Shown here piece after piece: positions 1-7,986 of a DNA stretch of 32,000 nucleotides. A program made the position numbers and the translations under genes. Below the pieces are notes generated by a model. That model worked only from the letters and a program-made list of their open reading frames with translations, had not been told where the DNA came from and did not search any database. Position 1 is the stretch's first letter, and every line of letters begins with the position of its first letter. Source of the stretch: Pseudomonas aeruginosa (GTDB lineage Bacteria > Pseudomonadota > Gammaproteobacteria > Pseudomonadales > Pseudomonadaceae); contig NZ_LN831024.1 in NCBI RefSeq assembly GCF_001457615.1, forward strand, positions 2,970,001 to 3,002,000, given 5' to 3'.

Positions 1-321
1 GAAAGCAGCCTGTTCGGCGAACTGGTGTGGAAGCCCGCGGAGGGCATCAGCATGGGCTGGGAAGGCATGTACCGCAGCCAGGTCTACGTCGAGGACAGCA
101 ACAGCGAAAAGGCCGCGCCGAGCTATGCGGTATTCAACTGGCGCACCCGCTTCGAGCAGCGCCTGGGAGCCTGGGCCTTCCACCAGCTGGTGCGCCTGGA
201 CAACCTGTTCGACCGCCAGTACGTCGGCTCGGTCATCGTCGGCGACGGCAACCGGCGTTACTACGAAGCGGCCCCCGGGCTGTCCTGGTACGCGGGAGCC
301 GGGGTCGAATACCAATTCTGA
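1..321 (+). CDS. TonB-dependent outer membrane receptor, C-terminal fragment (5' end outside window)
   Basis: Frame 1 is open from base 1 to a TGA at 319-321. The C-terminus has typical TonB receptor barrel strands (YAVFNWRTRFEQRLGAWAFHQLVRLDNLFDRQYVGSVIVGDGNRRYYEAAPGLSWYAGAGVEYQF) and ends in aromatic F. Confidence 0.88.
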   Translation, partial: ESSLFGELVWKPAEGISMGWEGMYRSQVYVEDSNSEKAAPSYAVFNWRTRFEQRLGAWAFHQLVRLDNLFDRQYVGSVIVGDGNRRYYEAAPGLSWYAGAGVEYQF

Positions 322-384
322 AGTGCCGGATGCGCTTGTTCGCGCTACCCGGCCAGCCCTTGTCAGCGTCGTCAATTCCGATTA

Positions 385-400
385 CTGTATGGATGTACAG
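385..400. promoter_or_regulatory. LexA (SOS) box CTGTATGGATGTACAG
   Basis: Matches CTG-N10-CAG / CTGT-N8-ACAG. It sits 41 nt upstream of the ATG at 442 and is embedded in a larger perfect dyad, TTCCGATTACTGTA-N6-TACAGTAATCGGAA (376-409). Confidence 0.85.
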
Positions 401-441
401 TAATCGGAAATCGCCTGCCTGCGCGACAAGGAGCACCGATC

Positions 442-729
442 ATGAGCCACAACCTTGCCGAACTGCCGCTGTCCCGACGCCGCGCCCTGGAGCGCGAGAA
501 ACAGGCCTGCCTGCGCCTCCACCTGTCCCGCAATCGTGCCAGCGAACGCCTGGAGCGCGCCGTGCGCGACGAAGTCGAGCGCCTGCTGGGTGCCCGCGAA
601 CGCCAGGGGGCCGGCTGGCCGGAGTGGGTCAGCGCGGAGCTCTGCGTGGCGGACGACCCGCTCTTCGTGCGCAAGGTGGTGGCGCGCCTGAAAGCCGCGG
701 TGGACTGGCAACGCCAGCGCGCAGCCTGA
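442..729 (+). CDS. Small Arg-rich helical protein (95 aa), predicted LexA/SOS-regulated; function unknown
   Basis: 95-aa ORF with ATG directly after the LexA box and an AAGGAGC Shine-Dalgarno at about 429-435. Stops 12 bp from the convergent cluster end. Confidence 0.85.
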   Translation: MSHNLAELPLSRRRALEREKQACLRLHLSRNRASERLERAVRDEVERLLGARERQGAGWPEWVSAELCVADDPLFVRKVVARLKAAVDWQRQRAA

Positions 730-741
730 GCGTTGCTCGCT

Positions 742-1389
742 TCAGGCCCCGCTGCCGTCGCTCCCGGGCGCGCGATGATGTTGCAGGGCGCGCTGGCGAT
801 GGCCGGCGAGGATGTACCGGTAGATCAGTCGTGCGAGTGGCTCCAGCTCCATTTTCTGGCCGTTCAGCGCGGCGCCGCACAGCGCCAGCTTGACCCGCTT
901 GCCGCCGGCCACCGCGCGGGCTTCGGGGCGGGCGAAAGCCCGCGGGTCGAAACGGGCATGGCTGTCGAAGCGCGGTGCCGTGCAATCGAAGGTGGTCGCG
1001 AAGGTGAGTTCCAGCCAGCGCCCGCGCTCGATCTCCAGCGACTGGAAGGTGTACATCGGCACCTGCGGCGCGTTGGCGAAGGCGATGCTCTCCGGCGTCA
1101 GGGTGAGCGCGACCTGGCCGTGGCGCCGGTAGAGGAACACGCCCGCCAGGCAGGCGTACAGGCCGCCGCCCAGCAGCAGCGCGGCTGGCAGCCAGAACAG
1201 CCATTGGCCACTGGCCAGGCGCCAGGCGTTGGGCAGCGAAGCGAGCCAGAGACCGGTGGCGCCAGCCACCAGGCCAGCGAGCAGGGCAACGCAGGCGGTG
1301 CCCCGCGAGACCTCGCGGATCTCGCAGCGGGCTTCCAGCGGCGGCAGTTCGTCGAGGGTTTCGTCAGTTTCTTGCATGGGGATTCTCAC
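742..1389 (-). CDS. Membrane protein with two N-terminal TM helices and a C-terminal soluble domain (cluster paralog A)
   Basis: TM-rich N-terminus (VALLAGLVAGATGLWLASL; LFWLPAALLLGGGLYACLAGVFLY). C-terminus GKRVKLALCGAALNGQKMELEPLARLIYRYILAGHRQRAL resembles the two other cluster proteins. Start is GTG 1389 or ATG 1377. Confidence 0.8.
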   Translation of the reverse strand: MRIPMQETDETLDELPPLEARCEIREVSRGTACVALLAGLVAGATGLWLASLPNAWRLASGQWLFWLPAALLLGGGLYACLAGVFLYRRHGQVALTLTPESIAFANAPQVPMYTFQSLEIERGRWLELTFATTFDCTAPRFDSHARFDPRAFARPEARAVAGGKRVKLALCGAALNGQKMELEPLARLIYRYILAGHRQRALQHHRAPGSDGSGA

Positions 1390-2908
1390 AGGTCTTGCCG
1401 AGCAGGTCGGCGCTGAGCGCTCGGCTCAACGCCAGGGGGGCGCCGAACCAGACGCCCAGCGCCTGGCTCGGCGGTCGTGTCGGAACGGCCCGGCCGGCGG
1501 TCCCGGCCCAGGTGCGTTCGAAGCTCTCTCCCAGCGCCGTGCAGCGCAGGCCCAGCGGAGGGTGGGTATCCTGCGGATGGACCTGGAGTCCCTCCGCCCC
1601 GGGGGCCGGTGCTTCCAGGCCGGACTGGCCCAGGTAGACGTGGATGGCGTCCACCAGGTTGTCCGGCGCGCGCGCCGGAGCGAGCAGGCAGTGTTCGAGG
1701 AACGCCCGTATCGGCGCGCCGGCCGCCGCGCTGCGCAGCAGGGCCGAGGCCATCGCCGGCGCACCGGCCAGTTGTGCGGCGCGGCGGTCGGCGGCGAATT
1801 CGCGCAGGCGGCTCCAGTGGTTCACGGCGAGGCCGAAACGTTCGAGGAAGTACCCGGCCAACAGTCGCGCCGGTTCCAGTGCCGCACGTTCGAAGACGTT
1901 GGCTTCCTGCTCCTCGATGGCGGCCAGTTGGCTCGCGGCGCCCTGGTAGATCGGCAGGAAGTGCAGGCTGTAATGGGCGTCGCGGCCGGCGAAGTGGGCC
2001 AGTTCGTGAGCGATCACTGCACTCAGTTCGGCGCGGTCCAGCAGGCCCAGCAACGGTAGCGAGAGGTATAGGCTGCGTCCTTGCAGATGCTCGCCGGAAG
2101 GTTGCAGGCAGACGCGGTTGGCGGTCACGTAGAAGCCGTCGCAGAGACCTACCAACAGGTGCTGCGGGGCTGGCGTGTCGAGGCGCGCCGCCAGCTCGCG
2201 CAGTAGCGTCCAGAGTTCCGGTGCATCCTCTTCGCCCAGCCGGCGGCCGATGACATCCAGGGCCGGCGCCGGGCGCAGGCGCAAGCGGCTGATCTTCGCC
2301 AGCATTTGCCACGCCGACGCCAGCAGGCCGAGAAGGATCAGCGCCACGCTCAGTTGGGTGCGTCCTTCGCTGACCGGAACCTGGCCGACCCGCCACAGCC
2401 CGAGGATCTCGAACGTTCCGGCACAGGCCAGGGCCAGGGCGAGCAGGCCGATCTGGGCGAGGAGCAGGCAGGGCAGCAGGCGTCGGCCCAGCTCGAACCA
2501 CAGGAGCAGGCAGCGACGCGAGCGCAGTGCGCTGCGTGCGGCGCCGGCGATGCCGGCCAGGGAGACGGCTCCCAATACGGCGACCAGCGCCGCCAGGCAG
2601 GCTCCGCTATCGGCGAGGACGGCGGCGAAGCGATTCAGGCGCTGTGCGCTTCGTGTGTCGGCGAGTCGCTCGTCGAGCCGCGCCAGGGCCAGGTCGCGCA
2701 CATAGGCCCGGCCGTCCACCCGGACGCTGGCCCTCGGCGGCAGCGCCCGCGCTTCGGCGAGCGCGCGCTCGACCCGCTGCTGCGCGGCGCCCAGTCGCTC
2801 GGCCTGCTGCTCGGCGCGCCAGGACTGCCAGGCGCCGAGCCCCGCCAGCAGCGCTGGAACCAGCACCAGGCAAAGCAGCAGCCTTCGCGGATGGACCGTG
2901 CCCTTCAC
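1364..2908 (-). CDS. M48-family membrane zinc metallopeptidase (copy A)
   Basis: HExxH in VIAHELAHFAGRD with downstream Glu in HWSRLREFAADRRAAQLAG; several TM helices. GTG start at 2908 abuts the upstream TGA (2909-2911). Confidence 0.88.
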   Translation of the reverse strand: MKGTVHPRRLLLCLVLVPALLAGLGAWQSWRAEQQAERLGAAQQRVERALAEARALPPRASVRVDGRAYVRDLALARLDERLADTRSAQRLNRFAAVLADSGACLAALVAVLGAVSLAGIAGAARSALRSRRCLLLWFELGRRLLPCLLLAQIGLLALALACAGTFEILGLWRVGQVPVSEGRTQLSVALILLGLLASAWQMLAKISRLRLRPAPALDVIGRRLGEEDAPELWTLLRELAARLDTPAPQHLLVGLCDGFYVTANRVCLQPSGEHLQGRSLYLSLPLLGLLDRAELSAVIAHELAHFAGRDAHYSLHFLPIYQGAASQLAAIEEQEANVFERAALEPARLLAGYFLERFGLAVNHWSRLREFAADRRAAQLAGAPAMASALLRSAAAGAPIRAFLEHCLLAPARAPDNLVDAIHVYLGQSGLEAPAPGAEGLQVHPQDTHPPLGLRCTALGESFERTWAGTAGRAVPTRPPSQALGVWFGAPLALSRALSADLLGKTCENPHARN

Positions 2909-3571
2909 TCAGCCCTGGCTGCGCAGTTGTTGCAGGTAGCGCTGGGCGTGGGCGGCCTGGATGTAGGCGTCGAGGATCGCCGCCATGTCGTCGCAGTCCA
3001 GCTTCTTGCCATCGCTCTGCAGGCCGGCCGACATGATGGTGATGCGCGGGTCCTTGCCTTTGAAGGCCATGGCCTGGGAGGCGAACACCTGGCGTACGGC
3101 GCGATGGGTCGGCAGCGGCGTTTCGGGCCGCAGGTGGAGGGTCTGGGTGGTTTGCAGCATGTCGGCCTTGACGCTGAAATCGATGACGTCGGCCAGCTCG
3201 ACCGGAGCCGACAGGCTGTCGGCCCAGAGCTGGGTACGGGTCAGGCGCATGAAGGGGGTCTTGCCGGAGTTGCGATGCTGGTAGCCGAGGAACAGCCCGA
3301 ACAGGCCGAGCAGCAAGCCGACGACGCCGACCCCCGGCTTGCCCTGGGAGAACCACATGCCGGTCATGATGAAGGGCACGATGCTCAGCAGCGGACCCAG
3401 CACCACGTACTTGCGGGTATTGGTGAACTCGGTGGCCGGCGGTACGTTGGCGATCACCCGCTCCAGGTGGGCGATGACCTCGGCGGTCTTCGCCTGGTTC
3501 AGCTCTTCGTGTTCGGCACCGAGGGTTTCGGCGAGGTTGGAGACGAGGTCCCGGGGTTCCTGGTTGCTCAT
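2909..3571 (-). CDS. Two-TM membrane protein (cluster paralog B)
   Basis: MSNQEPRDLVSNLAETLGAEHEELNQ..., TM segments VVLGPLLSIVPFIMTGMWF and VGVVGLLLGLFGLFLGY, and ITIMSAGLQSDGKKLDCDDMAAILDAYIQAAHAQRYLQQL. ATG at 3571 overlaps the upstream TGA (ATGA). Confidence 0.85.
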   Translation of the reverse strand: MSNQEPRDLVSNLAETLGAEHEELNQAKTAEVIAHLERVIANVPPATEFTNTRKYVVLGPLLSIVPFIMTGMWFSQGKPGVGVVGLLLGLFGLFLGYQHRNSGKTPFMRLTRTQLWADSLSAPVELADVIDFSVKADMLQTTQTLHLRPETPLPTHRAVRQVFASQAMAFKGKDPRITIMSAGLQSDGKKLDCDDMAAILDAYIQAAHAQRYLQQLRSQG

Positions 3572-4239
3572 GGAAATATCCTTGGAGTTGGGAGTGAAGA
3601 GGAAGCACTGGGCGGGATCTCGCCCAGTTGGCGGAGCCGGGCCTGGGCGCGGGCGATGTCCAGGTAGAGGTCGATGACCTCCGCGGCTTCCAGTAGCGAC
3701 AGGTTGCGACCGTTGAGGCGCCAGCCGGGGGACAGCAGGCGAACCCGTGGGCCGTCCCGGCATTCGCTGACGGCACGCGCGGCGAACGGATCGAGCGGGC
3801 GCGTGGATGGTGCCGGTAGCGCCTTGCCGTGCAGTTCGAGGACTATCGCGGAGAACCAGACCCCGTCCTCCAGGCGCAGGTCGGCGACCTCCAGCAGGTC
3901 CAGCGGCGCCGACAGGCTACGGGCGCGCAGGCGCCCCTGGCCGAGGACGAGGAACGGCGCGTTCCTGGCGTTGCGCTGCAGGCAGGCCAGGCACATGAGG
4001 AGGGCGGCCGCCGCCAGCAGGCACAGCGCCGCCGCCTCATGGCCGGGACCGGGGTGGTCGCGCAAGGTCCAGGCGCCGCCGAGCAGCAGCAGGCCGAGCA
4101 GGGCGGACAGCGGCGCCGCGCCACGGGCGGCGCCGATGCTTATCCGGTTGGGGACGCTGGCGACGAAGCGCCGCAACTGCGTGGCTTCGTCGCCCCTTGT
4201 CCCGGGGGGGCAGGGCGTTTGCGCGCCCGGCGGGATCAC
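3568..4239 (-). CDS. Two-TM membrane protein (cluster paralog C)
   Basis: The open frame runs far upstream. The most plausible start is GTG at 4239, in a GTGA overlap with the M48 copy B stop and preceded by GGGGAAA. C-terminus RVRLLSPGWRLNGRNLSLLEAAEVIDLYLDIARAQARLRQL parallels paralog B. Confidence 0.75.
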   Translation of the reverse strand: MIPPGAQTPCPPGTRGDEATQLRRFVASVPNRISIGAARGAAPLSALLGLLLLGGAWTLRDHPGPGHEAAALCLLAAAALLMCLACLQRNARNAPFLVLGQGRLRARSLSAPLDLLEVADLRLEDGVWFSAIVLELHGKALPAPSTRPLDPFAARAVSECRDGPRVRLLSPGWRLNGRNLSLLEAAEVIDLYLDIARAQARLRQLGEIPPSASSSLPTPRIFP

Positions 4240-5693
4240 CGGCTTTCCCCGTGGCCTGCATCGAGCAGGCGGTTGAGCCACTGCGTGTCGTCGGCGCTGA
4301 CGATGCGCCTTGCCTGTCGCAGCAGATCGTCGTCGAGCGCCAGGGAAAGGTCCGCGATCCGCTGGAAGGTCGGCGGGTGACTGTCGAAGGGGTGTTCCAG
4401 GCGGCGAGCGCTGTCGTGTTCGTCCAGTTCCAGGGAGTTCCCGCGCAGATGGTCGGTCAGCGCATGCACCAGGTTGCGCGTCTGCGGGCTGGCCAGCAGG
4501 CGTTCGATCAGTCCTGCAAGGGCGCAGGTGCGTAGCAGCGCGATGGCGAAGACCCGCGCGCCGGCTACCCGCGCCCCGACCTTGTCGGCGGCCAGTTCCT
4601 GGCGGCGATTCCAGTGCAGGTAGGCGCGCTCGAAGCGATCGAGGAAGTACAGCGCGGCCCACAGGCCCGGCTTGCCGAGCAGGCCGACATGCCCATCCTC
4701 GGGGGCGGCGATGCGTTCGATGCGCAGGCGCACCTGCCGCTGCAGGAGCGACAGGGATGCACCGTGGGCGGTGTCGCCGGCGGCGAAGTGGCCCAGTTCG
4801 TGGCCGATGATCGCGGCGCTTTCGGCCTCGCTCATGACCGAGGCATAGGTCAGCGGGATGTACAGGGTACGCCCCTCCAGCGGAATGCCGCGGGGCGCCA
4901 GCAGGACCTTGGCCTGGGTGACGAAGTAGCAGTGCTCGATGCCGGTGACGACATGGTCCGGTAGCGGCGCTCCGGCGCGGTCGGCGATCTGTCCCAGCCA
5001 TTGCCAGAGGCCGGGCGCGGCGACCCGGTCGAGTTCGCGGCCGAGCAGGTGGAGCACCGGTTCCTCCAGCGGCAGCAGTTCGCCGCGCAGGCGCCGCAGC
5101 ATGAGCAGGCCGCCGAGGAACAGCAGCCACAGCGGCAGCGAGAAGAGCAGGGCGACGAAGCCGTGGCTGTGCCAGTGGCTGTAGCTCCACAGCGCTTCGT
5201 AGAGCAACTGGCTGGCCAGGGCGGCGACCAGCAGGCCAGCGTGCAGCGGGACCAGTCGACCGAGGCGCCGCCAGGCCGGCGCGAGGTGGCCGAGCAGGTA
5301 GGCTTGCGAGCGCATCGAGCGGCGCCCGTCGTATTCCAGTCTCGCCAGCAAGGCGGCCGCGACCAGCGCCGACGCCAGCGCGCAGAGCTTGCCGATAGCG
5401 GCCAGCCAGCCGCGCAGAGCCAGCCAAGGATGGTCGCGGCGGATGGCCTCGGCGTCTTCGGCGAACTGGTGAAGATGACCTTCGACGCCATAGGCCGGAC
5501 GGAACAGGTGACGGGGAATGGCGCCGGCGGCGTCCGGGTCGTTGCGCACCGAGGCGCTCCAGTCGCGCATGAACTGTTCGTCGCGCAGGGTCGAGTCGAC
5601 CCGGAAGGCCTGCACGGCGGACCAGGCGTAGAGCGCCAGGGGAATCAGGAAGAGGAATGCGAGCAGCCTTACCCGCAGCGTATCGTGGCTCAT
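4236..5693 (-). CDS. M48-family membrane zinc metallopeptidase (copy B)
   Basis: HExxH in IIGHELGHFAAGDTAHG with downstream Glu in YLHWNRRQELAADKVGA; several TM helices. ATG at 5693. Confidence 0.88.
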   Translation of the reverse strand: MSHDTLRVRLLAFLFLIPLALYAWSAVQAFRVDSTLRDEQFMRDWSASVRNDPDAAGAIPRHLFRPAYGVEGHLHQFAEDAEAIRRDHPWLALRGWLAAIGKLCALASALVAAALLARLEYDGRRSMRSQAYLLGHLAPAWRRLGRLVPLHAGLLVAALASQLLYEALWSYSHWHSHGFVALLFSLPLWLLFLGGLLMLRRLRGELLPLEEPVLHLLGRELDRVAAPGLWQWLGQIADRAGAPLPDHVVTGIEHCYFVTQAKVLLAPRGIPLEGRTLYIPLTYASVMSEAESAAIIGHELGHFAAGDTAHGASLSLLQRQVRLRIERIAAPEDGHVGLLGKPGLWAALYFLDRFERAYLHWNRRQELAADKVGARVAGARVFAIALLRTCALAGLIERLLASPQTRNLVHALTDHLRGNSLELDEHDSARRLEHPFDSHPPTFQRIADLSLALDDDLLRQARRIVSADDTQWLNRLLDAGHGESR

Positions 5694-5699
5694 CCGCGT

Positions 5700-6128
5700 T
5701 TATTTCTGCTCGAGGTAGTCGGTCAGGAATGCCTGGGGCTCGCCTGCGGACGACAGCGACTCGCTATAGGCGACCTGCCGCGTCTGCTGTTCGCCGGGCA
5801 GGTAGAGCTCGCCCCAGCCGTCGCGCACGATCAGGATCACATACTTGCTGCCGTTCAGTTCGGTGGAATAGCGACTGTCCCTGGCGCTCTTTTCCACCTT
5901 TACCTTGTGGATCAGGCGGTCCCAGTCGTGGTCCAGTCCTTCGACCTGCAACAGCGCTTCGTCGGCCGCCGCTTCGCCGATACGCAGGGTCCAGACCTTG
6001 AGCCCCTGCTGGCCCTGGTAGGCCACCACCTTGTCGGCGACTGGCGGCCGCGCCTCTTCGGCCTGCGCCGTGCAGGATCCCCACGCCAGTGCGCCCATCA
6101 GCAGCGCCGCAGTCCACTTTGCTATCAT
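5700..6128 (-). CDS. Small exported protein of unknown function (about 142 aa)
   Basis: MIAKWTAALLMGALAWGSCTAQAEE... is a plausible signal peptide when started at the internal ATG 6128 (the track ORF extends to 6167). Its stop is 6 nt from the M48 copy B start. Confidence 0.8.
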   Translation of the reverse strand: MIAKWTAALLMGALAWGSCTAQAEEARPPVADKVVAYQGQQGLKVWTLRIGEAAADEALLQVEGLDHDWDRLIHKVKVEKSARDSRYSTELNGSKYVILIVRDGWGELYLPGEQQTRQVAYSESLSSAGEPQAFLTDYLEQK

Positions 6129-6283
6129 TCTCGCCCCCTTTGGCAACGCGATGTAAAAGGGGCGCATCTATTAATACAGGCGCGAGCCACGAACAACCGA
6201 GGCGGCCGCCGCTCACAGGAAAAGCGTCGTCGCCCACAGGTTCGGTTCGATCAGCGCACGGAACCATCCTGGAAAGCCGATGC

Positions 6284-6297
6284 CTGAACCGGTTCAG
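6284..6297. promoter_or_regulatory. Perfect 14-bp palindrome CTGAACCGGTTCAG, candidate operator
   Basis: Exact inverted repeat 28 nt upstream of the AraC-family ATG (6326), in the divergent intergenic region. Confidence 0.5.
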
Positions 6298-6325
6298 ATG
6301 GTTGCGTCCCACCGATACCTACGCC

Positions 6326-7270
6326 ATGGAAAGCTGGAATCCCTACCACGACACGGAGCTCTATTTCGACGCTCCTTCACCCCTGTGCCAGTCGCAGATC
6401 CTCGACGCGCGCGAAATGCTCGGCAGCGCCACCGGTCACTACCAGGCGCGGACGGTGCGCCCGTCGATGCAGTATTTCGATTGCGACCTGAGCTTCACCG
6501 AGCCGCTGCGAACCCACAAGGTGCTGCCGGAAGGCCTGTGCATCGTGCAGATGTTCGATGGCCAGTGGCGGCACAGCGTCGACGGCGGCGAGCCTTATCT
6601 CTACAACCTGGGCGGTCCTTCGGTGCTCGGCACCGGCGAGCCGATGGAGGCCTTCGATATCCTGCCGGCGGGCAGCCGCGTGCGCCTGGGCGGGCTGCGG
6701 ATCGCCGCCAGCTATCTGGAAGAGGAACTGGAAACCGGCGATGGCGCCTTGCGGCCGCTGGCGCGGCTGAAGGGCGACGGCGCGAGCTTTACCCAGTTGT
6801 CCCGTTGCGGCGCCATCACCGCCCTGTTCGAGCGCCTCTACCAGAATCCATACCGCGGCGCCCTCGGACGCCTGCACGAAGAGAGCCTGACCCTGGGCCT
6901 GCTGGTGGAGCTGGCCGCCTACCTGGGCGGCGCGGACCTTCGTCGCGCGCGCACCCCACGCGCCCAGCGCGACCTGGCCCATGAAGCGCGCCGCCTGCTG
7001 GAGGCGAACCTCGGTGAGCCGCCGGCCAGCCTCGAACTGGCGCGCCAACTGGGGGTCGGCGAAACCACCCTGCGGCGGATTTTCAAGAACGAGTTCGGTC
7101 GCTCGATGTTGCAGTACGTCCGCGACCGGCGTCTCGAGATCGGCCGGCAGATGGTCCGCGAGGGTCGCTGGCAGATCGCGCAGATAGCCTATCGCCTGGG
7201 TTACTCCAGTCCGGAAAACTTCACCCATGCCTACCGCGCGCGCTTCGGCCATCCGCCGGGGCGCGAGTGA
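6326..7270 (+). CDS. AraC-family transcriptional regulator
   Basis: C-terminal double helix-turn-helix LELARQLGVGETTLRRIFKNEFGRSMLQYVRDRRLEIGRQM...IAQIAYRLGYSSPENFTHAYRARFGHPPG. The track ORF starts further upstream (6089), but the AUG at 6326 is more plausible. Confidence 0.9.
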   Translation: MESWNPYHDTELYFDAPSPLCQSQILDAREMLGSATGHYQARTVRPSMQYFDCDLSFTEPLRTHKVLPEGLCIVQMFDGQWRHSVDGGEPYLYNLGGPSVLGTGEPMEAFDILPAGSRVRLGGLRIAASYLEEELETGDGALRPLARLKGDGASFTQLSRCGAITALFERLYQNPYRGALGRLHEESLTLGLLVELAAYLGGADLRRARTPRAQRDLAHEARRLLEANLGEPPASLELARQLGVGETTLRRIFKNEFGRSMLQYVRDRRLEIGRQMVREGRWQIAQIAYRLGYSSPENFTHAYRARFGHPPGRE

Positions 7271-7282
7271 GGCGGACGCGGT

Positions 7283-7975
7283 TCAGAGCGAACGCTGGTC
7301 GACCCGCGCGGAAAGCTGCTCGGCGCTTTCCTTGCGCTCCGAATAGCGGTCCACCAGGAAGTCCGTGCGCTCGCGCAGGAGCAGGGTGAACTTGAACAAC
7401 TCCTCCATCACGTCGACCACCCGGTCGTAGTAGGGCGATGGCTTCATCCGGCCCGCTTCGTCGAACTCCAGGTAGGCCTTGGGAACCGAGGACTGGTTGG
7501 GGATGGTGAACATGCGCATCCAGCGACCCAGCACGCGCAACTGGTTGACCACGTTGAACGACTGCGAGCCGCCGCAGACCTGCATCACCGCCAGGGTCTT
7601 GCCCTGGGTCGGGCGCACCGCCCCGAGTGCCAGGGGAATCCAGTCGATCTGCGCCTTGAATACCGCGGACAGCGCACCGTGGCGCTCGGGCGAGCACCAG
7701 ACCTGGCCTTCCGACCACTGCACCAGGTCGCGCAACTCGCGGACCTTGGGATGCTCCACCGGTGCATCGTCGGGCAATGGCAGCCCGGAAGGGTCGAAAA
7801 TCCGCGTTTCGGCACCGAAGCGTTCGAGCAGGCGTGCGGCCTCCAGCACCAGCAGGCGGCTGAAGGAGCGCTCGCGGGTCGAGCCGTAGAGCAGGAGGAT
7901 GCGCGGCCTGTGCCCGGAGACGGGGGGCGGGTCGCCGAGCAGCGCGGGATCGAGGTTGGGTAGTTGTTCGGACAT
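7283..7975 (-). CDS. arsH: ArsH, NADPH-dependent FMN reductase-family organoarsenical resistance protein
   Basis: [42 protein letters not shown] ... [23 protein letters not shown], the standard ArsH signature, with ars operon context. Confidence 0.95.
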   Translation of the reverse strand: MSEQLPNLDPALLGDPPPVSGHRPRILLLYGSTRERSFSRLLVLEAARLLERFGAETRIFDPSGLPLPDDAPVEHPKVRELRDLVQWSEGQVWCSPERHGALSAVFKAQIDWIPLALGAVRPTQGKTLAVMQVCGGSQSFNVVNQLRVLGRWMRMFTIPNQSSVPKAYLEFDEAGRMKPSPYYDRVVDVMEELFKFTLLLRERTDFLVDRYSERKESAEQLSARVDQRSL

Positions 7976-7986
7976 GCTTCCTCCGG

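Noticed and set aside
2306-3667. 453-aa plus-strand ORF antisense to the M48 cluster
   Set aside because: Q/R/G-rich shadow with no motif; opposite strand has well-supported coupled genes.
3568-5427. 619-aa minus ORF as a single protein
   Set aside because: The N-terminal two-thirds overlaps M48 copy B in another frame and looks like shadow sequence. Only the part after GTG 4239 resembles a real protein.
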